From: a virus
Taxonomy: Duplodnaviria > Heunggongvirae > Uroviricota > Caudoviricetes
Virus record (IMG/VR): IMGVR_UViG_3300008262_003982
Strand: one strand, 5' to 3'
DNA length: 64,000 nt
Shown here: one piece after another, positions 45,750-55,900 of the stretch
Numbering within the stretch: the first letter of the stretch is position 1
Layout: the number at the start of each line of letters is the position of its first letter
Notes under the pieces: generated by a model
The model's database searches: none
What the model was told of the DNA's origin: nothing
The model's input: only the letters and a program-made list of their open reading frames with translations
Made by a program: the position numbers and the translations under genes

Positions 45750-48032
45750 ATGCCCATGTCACAACATTCTGAACTCGAAAGTATCGTAGAAGACGCCATT
45801 GAATTGGCTCGTTCCAAAAGTCACGAATACGTGACCACAGAACATTTGCTGTTGGCCCTGATACGGCACCAGCCATTTAGAAAAACTCTGGACAAATTTG
45901 GCACCGACTCTGGCATGCTGGATCAAGAAGTAGACAGCTACCTCAACAGCTTGATTTCTATTGTGAGTAAAAGCGCAGATATACAACCTCGAAAGACCAC
46001 TGCACTGGAACGCATTTTCAATCGTGCCAATGTACAGGTCATGTTTACTGGACGCAGAACACTCACTGTGATTGATGTGTATCTTTCAATCATGGCAGAA
46101 ACCAACAGTCATGCACACTACTTCTTGTTGAAGTATGGTGTGAAGAAACAGGAGTTTGTGGATCATTGGCAAAAGACCTACACTCACTCAGACGCCAAGC
46201 TGAGTCAAGCACAGGCCACAGAAATACTCACTGAGTACTGTACAGATCTCACAGGTGCGGCTCGCGGCAATCGTCTGGAGCCCATGATTGGGCGAGCCAC
46301 AGAAGTTCAAGAAATGGTCACCACACTGGCACGCCGTTTCAAAGCCAACGTGCTGATGGTAGGTGATCCTGGTGTGGGCAAAACACACATTGTGGAAGGA
46401 CTAGCACAGGAAATTGTGGCTGGTCGTGTGCCAGAGTTTCTTAAGGATCACGAAGTGTGGAGCCTGGAAATTGGGTCATTGTTGGCAGGATCAAAGTATC
46501 GCGGTGAGTTTGAAGAAAAATTCAAAGCAGTAATAGCTGCTCTTGAAACCAAGAAGAAATGTATCTTGTTCATTGACGAAGCACACACCATGCGTGGCGC
46601 AGGTTCAGGCTCTAACAGTTCACTTGACTTTGCTAACATGCTGAAACCTGCTATTACCAAAGGCAACTTGAAAGTTGTGGCGTCGACCACCTGGGAAGAA
46701 TACTATGAATCATTTGAGAAAGATCGCGCACTCATGCGCAGATTCTACCGCTTGTCAATTGATGAACCAGATACTGCAACCACGGAGCAGATTCTTATTG
46801 GTCTATCTCCCCGGCTCGAAACGTTTCATAATGTGCTGATTGAAACTGAAGCAATGACTGCGGCTGTGGAACTGGCCAATCGTTACATACACGATCGTAA
46901 GAATCCTGACAAATCAATTGACTTGATTGATGCAGCCTGTGCTAGAGAGCGTGTGAAAGATCTGGGCACAGTAGTAGTTACCAAGGCCATGATTGAAGAA
47001 CAGTTGACTCGTGTGACTGGTGTGCCCACAGACAAACTGCAAAACGAACGTTCAGCTAAGATTGTGGATCTTGAAGGCAACATCAAGCAGAAATTGTACG
47101 GACAAGATTCAGCAGTTGATTCAGTGCTGGAACGTGTGTACATCAACTTTGCTGGCATTGCCAATGACAAAAAGCCCATGGCGAGTTTCTTGTTCTTGGG
47201 CCCAACAGGCACAGGTAAAACAGAACTAGCACGACTGTTGAGTGACAATTTGGATATGAAACTGCTGAAATATGACATGAGTGAATTCCAAGAGCGTCAT
47301 TCAGTCAGCAGCCTTATTGGTGCGCCTCCGGGTTATGTGGGATTTGAAGATGGCAATGTAGGTGGCGGCAAACTGATCTCTGACATCAGCAAGAATCCCT
47401 TCGCAGTAATATTGTTTGATGAGATTGAAAAGGCGCACCCTGATGTTACCAACATCTTGTTGCAGATGCTGGATGAAGGTGTTATTACCAGTTCGAACGG
47501 CAAGAAAGCCAACTGCAAGAATACCATCATTATCATGACTTCAAACTTAGGAGCACGGGACAGTGAAGCAAACAACATTGGCTTTGGCAGCTTTGAAAAG
47601 ACTGGTGAGGACGACCGAGCTCTCAAAGAGTTTTTCAAGCCTGAACTACGCAACAGAATCGACCAAATTGTTAAATTCTCCAAGCTGGATACTTTGGCAA
47701 TCAAGAAAGTTGTGGTCAAGTTTGTGGATGAACTCAAAACGAGTTTGCTTGCAAAAGGTATACGTCTCAACTTATCCGAAGGCGCAGTTGACCTGCTTGC
47801 TGACAAGGGCTATGATTCGAAGCTGGGTGCGCGACCACTCTCGAGGAAGATTGATGAACTGATTCGTGTGCCGTTGAGCAAGAAGATCCTGTTTGATCGC
47901 TTGCGTGATTGTACTATCACTGCGGATGTTGTGGCGGACAAAATTGTGTTTGATGTTCAAGCGGACGCACCTGTGGAAGTGATTGCAAGTGTAAATGTTG
48001 ATGGAATTATAGTGGTGGACAATGAGAAGTGA
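45750..48032 (+). CDS. clpA: ClpA-type AAA+ chaperone/protease subunit
   Basis: Clp N-domain (EHLLLAL), GDPGVGKT, GPTGTGKT and IGF ClpP-docking loop; no ClpB middle domain. Confidence 0.93.
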   Translation: MPMSQHSELESIVEDAIELARSKSHEYVTTEHLLLALIRHQPFRKTLDKFGTDSGMLDQEVDSYLNSLISIVSKSADIQPRKTTALERIFNRANVQVMFTGRRTLTVIDVYLSIMAETNSHAHYFLLKYGVKKQEFVDHWQKTYTHSDAKLSQAQATEILTEYCTDLTGAARGNRLEPMIGRATEVQEMVTTLARRFKANVLMVGDPGVGKTHIVEGLAQEIVAGRVPEFLKDHEVWSLEIGSLLAGSKYRGEFEEKFKAVIAALETKKKCILFIDEAHTMRGAGSGSNSSLDFANMLKPAITKGNLKVVASTTWEEYYESFEKDRALMRRFYRLSIDEPDTATTEQILIGLSPRLETFHNVLIETEAMTAAVELANRYIHDRKNPDKSIDLIDAACARERVKDLGTVVVTKAMIEEQLTRVTGVPTDKLQNERSAKIVDLEGNIKQKLYGQDSAVDSVLERVYINFAGIANDKKPMASFLFLGPTGTGKTELARLLSDNLDMKLLKYDMSEFQERHSVSSLIGAPPGYVGFEDGNVGGGKLISDISKNPFAVILFDEIEKAHPDVTNILLQMLDEGVITSSNGKKANCKNTIIIMTSNLGARDSEANNIGFGSFEKTGEDDRALKEFFKPELRNRIDQIVKFSKLDTLAIKKVVVKFVDELKTSLLAKGIRLNLSEGAVDLLADKGYDSKLGARPLSRKIDELIRVPLSKKILFDRLRDCTITADVVADKIVFDVQADAPVEVIASVNVDGIIVVDNEK

Positions 48033-48717
48033 ATCGCGTAGTTCGTTGTACTACAACGCATATGAATATGCCATGACCTGGCAGCAGGACGAAATTGGGT
48101 GTATTCGCAGTCTTGATCAAAAGAAAATGCAGTCACACATTCGCGTGAGAATGGAGTACGAAGCTAGTAGAAATTCTCATTACCAACGCTATGGCGAAAA
48201 ATTTATAAGCAAATTTACCACACGCTGTTGTGACAATTTAGAAGGCATGCGAGCACTGTTGGCAGCAGAAACTCCCCCAAAGAAAATGGTGTTTTTCAAC
48301 AATTATCTCACAGTGTACACAAACAATCTTGGCTTGCATGGTCGATTGATGGCATGCGATTGGATTGAGTCTGTAGATCTCAAACGAGCAGAACTCAATT
48401 TGCCACCTGATACAATTTTATTAAAAAATCCACAGTATCAATACCGCACTTATTTCCGTGGGCGATCACTTGGCAAAACACAAAAGTCTCGACTGGCTGC
48501 ATGGATAACCACCCAGGGCAATGACGTTGCAGCCAGCAAGAGTTTGCGAGAATTTTTAGATATTGAAATTAGGCCAACACGGGTGTATTGGTGGCGCAAT
48601 GATGTTACTGAAAGCTATTACTACATCGAGCACAATAGCCTACAATATGAAACCATGCTGAGTATGGTATGCCCGGGCATGGTTAGGAAAACTCTGCCCA
48701 TAGTGAAAAAACAATAA
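48022..48717 (+). CDS. hypothetical protein
   Basis: 231 aa ORF overlapping the clpA stop. Confidence 0.7.
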   Translation: MRSESRSSLYYNAYEYAMTWQQDEIGCIRSLDQKKMQSHIRVRMEYEASRNSHYQRYGEKFISKFTTRCCDNLEGMRALLAAETPPKKMVFFNNYLTVYTNNLGLHGRLMACDWIESVDLKRAELNLPPDTILLKNPQYQYRTYFRGRSLGKTQKSRLAAWITTQGNDVAASKSLREFLDIEIRPTRVYWWRNDVTESYYYIEHNSLQYETMLSMVCPGMVRKTLPIVKKQ

Positions 48718-48727
48718 ATAACACACT

Positions 48728-48892
48728 ATGGCAAAAATACATGAAGAAATAGTTGTGATCAAACTATCAAAATTGGTCAAAGACGATGCAACAGCAGAAG
48801 CAATTGCCACTGATGACATTGTGGCAGCCCTGCAATCAGTTGCAGAAGAACTAGCCGGCAGCGGTGTTGTTGTGGAAGCTGATCGCGCATAA
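48728..48892 (+). CDS. small late protein (missed by ORF track)
   Basis: MAKIHEEIVVIKLSKLVKD...; TAAATA 7 nt upstream; TAATG overlap with the next gene. Confidence 0.7.
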   Translation: MAKIHEEIVVIKLSKLVKDDATAEAIATDDIVAALQSVAEELAGSGVVVEADRA

Positions 48893-49254
48893 TGACCACT
48901 GAAATCATTCTTGGCACCACAGTTTACGGAGAACCTTCGGGCAACTACGACGGGTCAAGTCAAGACTGGGCATCAGACGCTGTGCCAGCAGCCAGTTATT
49001 ATCGCGGCCGTGGCGGCTTGCAAACTGTGACTTTTAGTGTTGAAAATTTTGAAGGTACCATTTATCTTGACGCCACGCTGGATACACTACCAGAATCAGC
49101 CACTTGGTTTAACACATTTATTTTTGATGATGGGTCTACTATACCAATAACTGATTACCATCCTGCAACAATAACTGGTAATTTTGTGTGGCTGCGTTGC
49201 AGAATTGAAAACTTTTCTGGTGGCACTATAAATTCTGTCACCGCCACTTACTAA
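48892..49254 (+). CDS. hypothetical beta-rich, probably virion protein
   Basis: ORF. Confidence 0.75.
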   Translation: MTTEIILGTTVYGEPSGNYDGSSQDWASDAVPAASYYRGRGGLQTVTFSVENFEGTIYLDATLDTLPESATWFNTFIFDDGSTIPITDYHPATITGNFVWLRCRIENFSGGTINSVTATY

Positions 49255-49262
49255 GGAAATCC

Positions 49263-49703
49263 ATGTCAGAAGTTGTTAAATTTCAGTGTACGTTAGGCAC
49301 CACCTCGTCCGCTGCACCACTGAGTTTTGAAGCTTTACTAAATGGCCAAAGTGTTTTTAAGTTAGATCATGTGACTGATAACTGTCAGGTAACATTTGAC
49401 ATTCCAGATACAGATGACACTGAACAAAAACTACAACTGGTGATGTCAGGCAAAACTACAGAACACACACAAGTTGATGATCAGGGCAATATCACTGCTG
49501 ATGCCATGTTGACCATTGATACTGTGTCAATTGACGGAGTTGATATCACTCAGTTGTTGAATGAAACAGCAGATTATGCACACGATTTCAATGGCACACA
49601 AGATCCCATAAAAGACAAGTTCTATGGAGCCATGGGCTGTAACGGCTCAATAACACTTGAATTTACCACACCATTTTATCTGTGGTTGCTGGAACACATG
49701 TAA
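49263..49703 (+). CDS. hypothetical protein
   Basis: AAGGA RBS; ORF. Confidence 0.75.
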   Translation: MSEVVKFQCTLGTTSSAAPLSFEALLNGQSVFKLDHVTDNCQVTFDIPDTDDTEQKLQLVMSGKTTEHTQVDDQGNITADAMLTIDTVSIDGVDITQLLNETADYAHDFNGTQDPIKDKFYGAMGCNGSITLEFTTPFYLWLLEHM

Positions 49704-49719
49704 GCACTAAATACAGTGT

Positions 49720-50436
49720 ATGAGCACTGTAGTAATCATGCCCGGGGGATTTCATCCTTTCCATGCAGGGCACCTAGCACTTTATCAATCCGCACAACGG
49801 GCATTCCCTGATGCTGAAGTTTTTGTTGCGGCCACAAACGATACCTCAGCTAGACCATTTCCATTTGCAGTAAAAGAAAAGTTGGCCAAGCTGGCTGGAG
49901 TAGATGCTGGACATTTTGTGCAGGTCAAATCACCGTTTCGTGCTGAAGAAATTACTGCGCAATTTAACCCTGCTACAGACACATTAATTTTTGTGCGTTC
50001 TGATAAAGACGCCAACAAACCTCCACAAGCAGGCGGCATAAAGAAAGATGGCAATCCTGCATACTTGCAACCACTGATAGGTGCAAAGCGATTAGAGCCA
50101 TTTGCAAAACATGCCTACATGGCCTACCTACCCACAGTGGAGTTTGGTCCAGGCATGACGTCGGCCACAGAGATTCGTGGCGCATGGCCCACACTAAACG
50201 AAAAACGCAAAACAGCTCTTGTGATGAGCTTGTATCCAGCAACACAAAAGAATCCCAAATTGGCTGCTAATGTTGTCAAACTGTTGGACACTGCCATTGG
50301 TACTGTGGCTGAGAATCAAGGCTGGGCCGCGACATTTACCAGCGAGAATCAACTGAGTGTGGGTGGCATGAAGGCAGGCTATCAAGCTAGAGAAAATCAG
50401 CCCGTTATTGACTACATGGAAGAGTCTAGGTCGTAA
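49720..50436 (+). CDS. HxGH (cytidylyltransferase-like) nucleotidyltransferase
   Basis: PGGFHPFHAGH...RPFPF..K...SATEIR. Confidence 0.82.
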   Translation: MSTVVIMPGGFHPFHAGHLALYQSAQRAFPDAEVFVAATNDTSARPFPFAVKEKLAKLAGVDAGHFVQVKSPFRAEEITAQFNPATDTLIFVRSDKDANKPPQAGGIKKDGNPAYLQPLIGAKRLEPFAKHAYMAYLPTVEFGPGMTSATEIRGAWPTLNEKRKTALVMSLYPATQKNPKLAANVVKLLDTAIGTVAENQGWAATFTSENQLSVGGMKAGYQARENQPVIDYMEESRS

Positions 50437-50492
50437 AAATTTTGCCTTGGCTGTATAATCCGTAAATACTACACTTTTTTACGGAGATCTAA

Positions 50493-51353
50493 ATGGCAGA
50501 GCCACAACAAGTTCAAATTCAAGTCGACCTTGAATATCTAAAAACCACTCGTGTTCACATCTGTATGCCCTGTTATGGGGGCCAGCTGACAGAAGCAACA
50601 TTCATGAGTTTTATCAAATGGGGCAATACCTGCCGACAACTAGGCATTGATTGGACTGTAGAAACCATGACTAATGAAAGTTTGATTAGTCGTGCTAGAA
50701 ACACTCTGACTGCAAAGTTTTTGAATACAGAAGGTTCAACACACTTGATGTTTATTGACGCGGACATTGGCTGGGAACCCTGGCATTTGTTGGTGTTGCT
50801 AAATCGCCAAGTGGATGTGATTGGTGGATTGTATCCCATGAAATCACTGCCAGTTAAATGGTGTGTGAATGGCATTCCAGGTCAAGAAGAAGGCGTGGAC
50901 AACTTGGTAGAAGTTACCAAGACTGGCACAGGATTCTTGTTGATCAAGAAAGATGTGTTTGACAAACTGAATGCACACCCTGCTGTGCGTCATTTCAACA
51001 ATGACATTGGTCTAGATCCTGCGCTGGACAAGTACATGAAAACCTACTTTGACACTGCTGTGCGTGAAAACCGCTACTATTCAGAAGACTGGACATTCTG
51101 CGAAAACTGGCGTGATCTAGGCGGCAAAGTGTATATCGACAAACGTGTGTTGTTGAAACACGTGGGCACCTATGTGTTTGATGCGCAAACACAGGACAAG
51201 TTGTACCAAGACTTGCATGCTATTGCTGCTCCTAAGATTGCCAATGCACATGATGCAGCCAAGCAACCAGTTGATATAACTGAGCCTGAAATCATGGCAT
51301 CCAGCACCCCTGTGGATGTTGTGCCCGTGGAAGAACCAGCTACAGCCAAGTAA
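50493..51353 (+). CDS. GT-A-fold glycosyltransferase-like protein
   Basis: CMPCYGG, SLISRARN, HLMFIDADIGW (DxD), GTGFLLI and SEDWTFC. Confidence 0.78.
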   Translation: MAEPQQVQIQVDLEYLKTTRVHICMPCYGGQLTEATFMSFIKWGNTCRQLGIDWTVETMTNESLISRARNTLTAKFLNTEGSTHLMFIDADIGWEPWHLLVLLNRQVDVIGGLYPMKSLPVKWCVNGIPGQEEGVDNLVEVTKTGTGFLLIKKDVFDKLNAHPAVRHFNNDIGLDPALDKYMKTYFDTAVRENRYYSEDWTFCENWRDLGGKVYIDKRVLLKHVGTYVFDAQTQDKLYQDLHAIAAPKIANAHDAAKQPVDITEPEIMASSTPVDVVPVEEPATAK

Positions 51354-51370
51354 CGGTAAATACAGTTCGT

Positions 51371-54300
51371 ATGAACATCAACGAACTGGATTCCTTCAAG
51401 CTGAGTGATGCTGTAAAGTTTCACAATCGTCTCAACCCTAAAATCTGGGGCAGGGACGAGCAATTGTTACCCGAAGTACGCGAAAAGCTGTTGGCCATTG
51501 CTGACAATTTTCGCGAATTTCTTGGCGTAGGTGACCTTGACGTCCGTGACATAACCATCTCAGGCAGTAATGCTGCCTACAGCTATACCCCATATTCCGA
51601 CATTGATCTACACCTTGTGGTGGAGTTTCCTGCTGACGACGAAGTTTATCAGGAACTGTTCAATGCCAAAAAATACCAATATAACGATGAACACAAGTTG
51701 AGCATCGGCGGCGTGCCTGTGGAACTGTATGTGCAAAATGCAGCCGAGTCTCCTGTGAGTCAAGGTGAGTATTCTATCCCACGTGACGAATGGATTCAAG
51801 TGCCACGCAGAAAACGTGCCAGAATTGACGACACCTGTGTGCGAGCCAAGGTCGAAGATTTGGATGCTAGAATACATTCAGCAATTGAATCTGGCAACGC
51901 TGAATCCATGAGCAGACTGTGGGACAAGATCAAGGCCATGCGCCAAAGTGGCTTGGATGCTCACGGCGAGTTTGGGTGTGAAAACATTGTGTTCAAAATC
52001 CTGCGTAACAAAGGTTGCATCAAGGATTTGCGCACAGCTAGAACAGCCGCACAAGATCACGAGCTGAGTCTACAAGAACGCCGAAAAAAGAAATCCCGAG
52101 TGCGTTATGGATTTGGCAGCTATTGGTCTCCTGGATTTGGCTACGGAGGAGAATCAGGCGAAGGTGGTGACGGTGGTGGTGGCGAAAGCATGCGCGAAGG
52201 CCATCAAGGACAACCCTACAGTTCAGAAGATGGTGTTGCTGCCAGCACACAAATGTTCTTGAATGAAGATGACACTGAGAGCATGGTGCAACAGTTTATT
52301 CAAGACACTGCTGAACGCTTGGGCATTGAACGCATGCCTGAAATTGTACTACATGACAATGACGGATGGAGTGAACAAAATCGTTCATTTGGCATGTACC
52401 AACCAGAGCTGCATGTTTTGCATGTGAATCTGCGCGATCGACATGTGATGGATATTCTTCGCACTGTGGCACACGAACTGGCACACTGCCGCCAACAGGA
52501 ATTAGAACAATTGGATCACACATCTGGCAACACAGGCTCTCCTGTGGAGAACGAAGCAAACGCTGTGGCTGGCATTATCATGCGAGACTTTGCTGATGCA
52601 CACCCAGAACTGTTTGACCATGAAGACATTCGTGAGTCATCTGGATACATTCCCACCTGGGCCGAACGCAACGATCCTCGATTTGAAATGGCACTGAGTG
52701 TGGATGTGCATCCAGGACAAACTGGCACAGAAGCCAACAAGATGCGACTGGCCACTGATTCGCAAGGCCATCCACAACTGTTGCGAGCAGATGGCAAGGT
52801 AAAGTTAGCAGAAAGTCTAGCACAAGAATTTGAACTGTTTGAAGAACAAGACCTGTTTGAAATAAACATGGGCAGCAAAAATTTGCGCAGGGAAGCTGCC
52901 AAAACAGGTGCCATTGCTGGCATGGAATTTGAAATGATTGTGCCTGGTATGGAATCCGAAGATCCTGAAATGGAACCAGACTATGATCAGGATGAACGCT
53001 GTGTTAGCATTGATGATGCTGTGCGATTCTTTCATGATGGCGACTACAACGGCCGTAGAGATGTTGAACGCCTGCGTGAAAGAATGCAGGACGATTTCCA
53101 GGAATGGCTGGATGAAAAACTTCGCGATGACTGGGGCGGTGAAAGCCAAGATTACATTCGTGACTGGCTTCGGAATAATGTAAATGAAGATGAATGGAAT
53201 CCTAACGAGTTAACTGGTGATGAACGAAACGAAGCATTTGATGAATTTGCAGCCAATGTAGACGCTGATCCTTCGAGTACTTACTACAATGAAGCCTTTG
53301 ATGAATGGCGGGAAGAATTCCAAGAAAATTATGACGAAAGCGACTGGTTAGACGCCACAGACCTTGACAGAATGAGTGAGGTTGAGCAAATGTATGGAAT
53401 GAATTGGCCCTACTGGACTAGCATGAACAGCGGCGAGATTGACGCAGATCAAGTGGCTGACGAATTCAGTCAGGCTGTGGGTCGTGAAGTGCGAGTGAAC
53501 ACAAGATATCATCAGTCCGGCGACAGACCTGGACCCAACAATCAATTCTATGTAGTAGAACCAGACGCCAGTTTGGAAGGCGACAATGACGGCGACGAAG
53601 GCTTGGAGTTTGTGAGCCCGCCCATGCCCATAGATGAACTGCTGAAAGATTTAAATGCCGTGAAGGCCTGGGCTGGACGCATGGGCGTTTATACCAACAG
53701 TTCGACTGGCCTGCACATCAACATATCAGTGCCTGACTACAGTTTAGATCGTTTGGACTATGTAAAACTGGCCTTGCTGTTGGGCGACGAGTATGTGCTC
53801 AAACAATTTGGTCGCAGTTCCAATACCTACACCAAATCAGCACTAGGCAAGGTGCGTGATCGTGTGCGGTCCAACCCCGAAGACGCACAGCGTTTGCTGG
53901 ACAAGATGAAAGGTCAAATGGGTGAACTGGCTTCCAAGGCCATCCATTCAGGCAGCACAGACAAGTACACATCAATCAACACCAAGAGCGGACACATTGA
54001 ATTCCGTTCGCCGGGTGGTGACTGGCTGGATGACAACTTTGACAAGATTGAAAACACTCTGTTGCGTTTCACAGTGGCCATGAGTGCAGCACTTAACCCT
54101 GAAGCCTATCGAGAAGAGTATCAAAAGAAACTATACAAACTGTTGACTCAGGATCAAAAAGGGTCAGACACAATCCGATACTTTGCTGACTATGTGGCTG
54201 GCAAGATTCCCAAGGCTGCCTTGCGTAGTTTTGTCAAGCAAGCACAACTACAACGCAAGACGGAGCGTAATAAAACAAGCGGTGAAAAGATGTGGTGGAA

Positions 54301-55540
54301 CGTTTCCAATCCTGGCAATAGTTATGCCAGTGTAGAAGTTGTTGCCACCTCTCGAGAAGAAGCCATTGAAAAAGCCTTGGGGGATGATGGCTATCCGTCT
54401 TGGGCCAACACACGACAATCTATTGTGGCTGAACCTGTGCGTCCGTATAATTTGGATGCACAATCTACACAAGACGACGACACAGCTAGTGCCTTTACTG
54501 CACCGCCAGGTTCTCAAGGTGGTGGCCGCCCCAATGACCCCAACGGTCGCTATGCCATTGTGCTACGCTCGGATCCAGGCCTGTATGGCAGTTTTACTGG
54601 CCCAGCACCTGACTATCAGTTTAGATTTAACATGGGCAATCCAGCGGAACAGGCACAAGGCAGATATGTTCTCCAAGCCTGGGCTGCTAGAAACAATGTG
54701 GTTGCTGCTGACTACATGGTGGTGGATACTGAACAATGGGATCGGCCTGCAGATGCAGCATCGGGTGGTATCATTGACATTGAACCAGATATAGAGGTGG
54801 TCTACCCTGGAAGCACAGCAGCCTTGGCACAACAGCGAGCCACGCCAGGCACATTCTCTGGTGCATGGAAGGTGTTGGTCAATGGTGAAGAAGTTCATAG
54901 ATTTTCAGGCGTGGGCAACAATCAAGGCGATGCTAACCGTGTAGCGGCTCAATGGTTGCGAAACAATGGTCGGGGAGTGTCAGGCGAAGGCTTTGAAGTT
55001 GTGCCAATCATGACAGAAGGTGTAGCCGAAGGCAAGGATCGCTACGGAAACTTTGATCCTCCTGGTCCTGAAAGCCGACCCACAATGCCAGCGGGCACTG
55101 TGCGAGTGGATGTGTCAGACATGTATGACTGGTACAAGTTGGGCAAGAACATTGCTAACTTAGACAGAGATAACACTGACGATTTTGGCAAAGGACCACC
55201 CAGTACTATTGTGAGTTTTGGCGACGAAGATCTTGAACATGAATACATCAAGCAGTTGGAAAAACTAGGGTTAACCACCACTGACATTGATCCTGTAGAT
55301 CCCAATCAACCTGCTGGCATCAAGCGTCAAAAAACTGATCCCACATACAACGTAGGTGAAAACTTTGCTGACGGTCGGAATCCCCAAGACAAAGGCGATT
55401 CAAAGCGACACGGCGTGCCCACCAAAGCATCAGTAAGCACCCTGCGTAAAGTGGCCAAACAAGGCGGTCGCAAAGGACAATTGGCACACTGGATGGCCAA
55501 CATGAAGGCTGGACGGGCTCGAGCCAAACGCAATAAATAA
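51371..55540 (+). CDS. 1389-aa multidomain protein: Pol-beta-type nucleotidyltransferase, HExxH zincin, amidoligase (GCS-like) and small modules
   Basis: ISGSN...SDIDLH..PVELY; TVAHELAH; GMEFEM...DASL...LEFVSP...STGLHINI...KY.SIN...IEFRSPG. Confidence 0.82.
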   Translation: MNINELDSFKLSDAVKFHNRLNPKIWGRDEQLLPEVREKLLAIADNFREFLGVGDLDVRDITISGSNAAYSYTPYSDIDLHLVVEFPADDEVYQELFNAKKYQYNDEHKLSIGGVPVELYVQNAAESPVSQGEYSIPRDEWIQVPRRKRARIDDTCVRAKVEDLDARIHSAIESGNAESMSRLWDKIKAMRQSGLDAHGEFGCENIVFKILRNKGCIKDLRTARTAAQDHELSLQERRKKKSRVRYGFGSYWSPGFGYGGESGEGGDGGGGESMREGHQGQPYSSEDGVAASTQMFLNEDDTESMVQQFIQDTAERLGIERMPEIVLHDNDGWSEQNRSFGMYQPELHVLHVNLRDRHVMDILRTVAHELAHCRQQELEQLDHTSGNTGSPVENEANAVAGIIMRDFADAHPELFDHEDIRESSGYIPTWAERNDPRFEMALSVDVHPGQTGTEANKMRLATDSQGHPQLLRADGKVKLAESLAQEFELFEEQDLFEINMGSKNLRREAAKTGAIAGMEFEMIVPGMESEDPEMEPDYDQDERCVSIDDAVRFFHDGDYNGRRDVERLRERMQDDFQEWLDEKLRDDWGGESQDYIRDWLRNNVNEDEWNPNELTGDERNEAFDEFAANVDADPSSTYYNEAFDEWREEFQENYDESDWLDATDLDRMSEVEQMYGMNWPYWTSMNSGEIDADQVADEFSQAVGREVRVNTRYHQSGDRPGPNNQFYVVEPDASLEGDNDGDEGLEFVSPPMPIDELLKDLNAVKAWAGRMGVYTNSSTGLHINISVPDYSLDRLDYVKLALLLGDEYVLKQFGRSSNTYTKSALGKVRDRVRSNPEDAQRLLDKMKGQMGELASKAIHSGSTDKYTSINTKSGHIEFRSPGGDWLDDNFDKIENTLLRFTVAMSAALNPEAYREEYQKKLYKLLTQDQKGSDTIRYFADYVAGKIPKAALRSFVKQAQLQRKTERNKTSGEKMWWNVSNPGNSYASVEVVATSREEAIEKALGDDGYPSWANTRQSIVAEPVRPYNLDAQSTQDDDTASAFTAPPGSQGGGRPNDPNGRYAIVLRSDPGLYGSFTGPAPDYQFRFNMGNPAEQAQGRYVLQAWAARNNVVAADYMVVDTEQWDRPADAASGGIIDIEPDIEVVYPGSTAALAQQRATPGTFSGAWKVLVNGEEVHRFSGVGNNQGDANRVAAQWLRNNGRGVSGEGFEVVPIMTEGVAEGKDRYGNFDPPGPESRPTMPAGTVRVDVSDMYDWYKLGKNIANLDRDNTDDFGKGPPSTIVSFGDEDLEHEYIKQLEKLGLTTTDIDPVDPNQPAGIKRQKTDPTYNVGENFADGRNPQDKGDSKRHGVPTKASVSTLRKVAKQGGRKGQLAHWMANMKAGRARAKRNK

Positions 55541-55546
55541 CCCATC

Positions 55547-55900
55547 ATGAGATATAAAGAAATTCTTGAAGCCTGCTGGACTGGTTATCGCCAAGCAGGC
55601 ATGAAAAACAAAGGTGGTCGTCAGGTGCCCAATTGTGTGCCTGTGAGCGAAACCGAGTTGGAAGAAAATCTCCGTGATTGGTTCAAAGACAAGTGGGTAC
55701 GCTTTGGGCCCGACGGCAAGATCCGTGGTGATTGTGCTAGAGGCAGTTCAAAAGAAGGCAAGCCCAAGTGTTTGCCGCAAGCCAAAGCACATGCCCTGGG
55801 CAAAAAAGGTCGTGCGTCAGCAGCCGCAAGAAAACGCAGACAAGATCCCAACCCCAACCGCACAGGAAAGGCCATCAACGTGGCCACTAAAAAGAAATGA
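55547..55900 (+). CDS. two-module basic late protein
   Basis: MRYKEILE|ACWTGYRQ.GMK.KGGRQVPNCVP; ELEE|NLRDWFKDKWV...PKC. Confidence 0.8.
   Translation: MRYKEILEACWTGYRQAGMKNKGGRQVPNCVPVSETELEENLRDWFKDKWVRFGPDGKIRGDCARGSSKEGKPKCLPQAKAHALGKKGRASAAARKRRQDPNPNRTGKAINVATKKK

Noticed and set aside
50442-50459. TTGCCT...TATAAT as a sigma70 promoter
   Set aside because: The spacing is only 6 nt; the adjacent TAAATA at 50463 explains expression better
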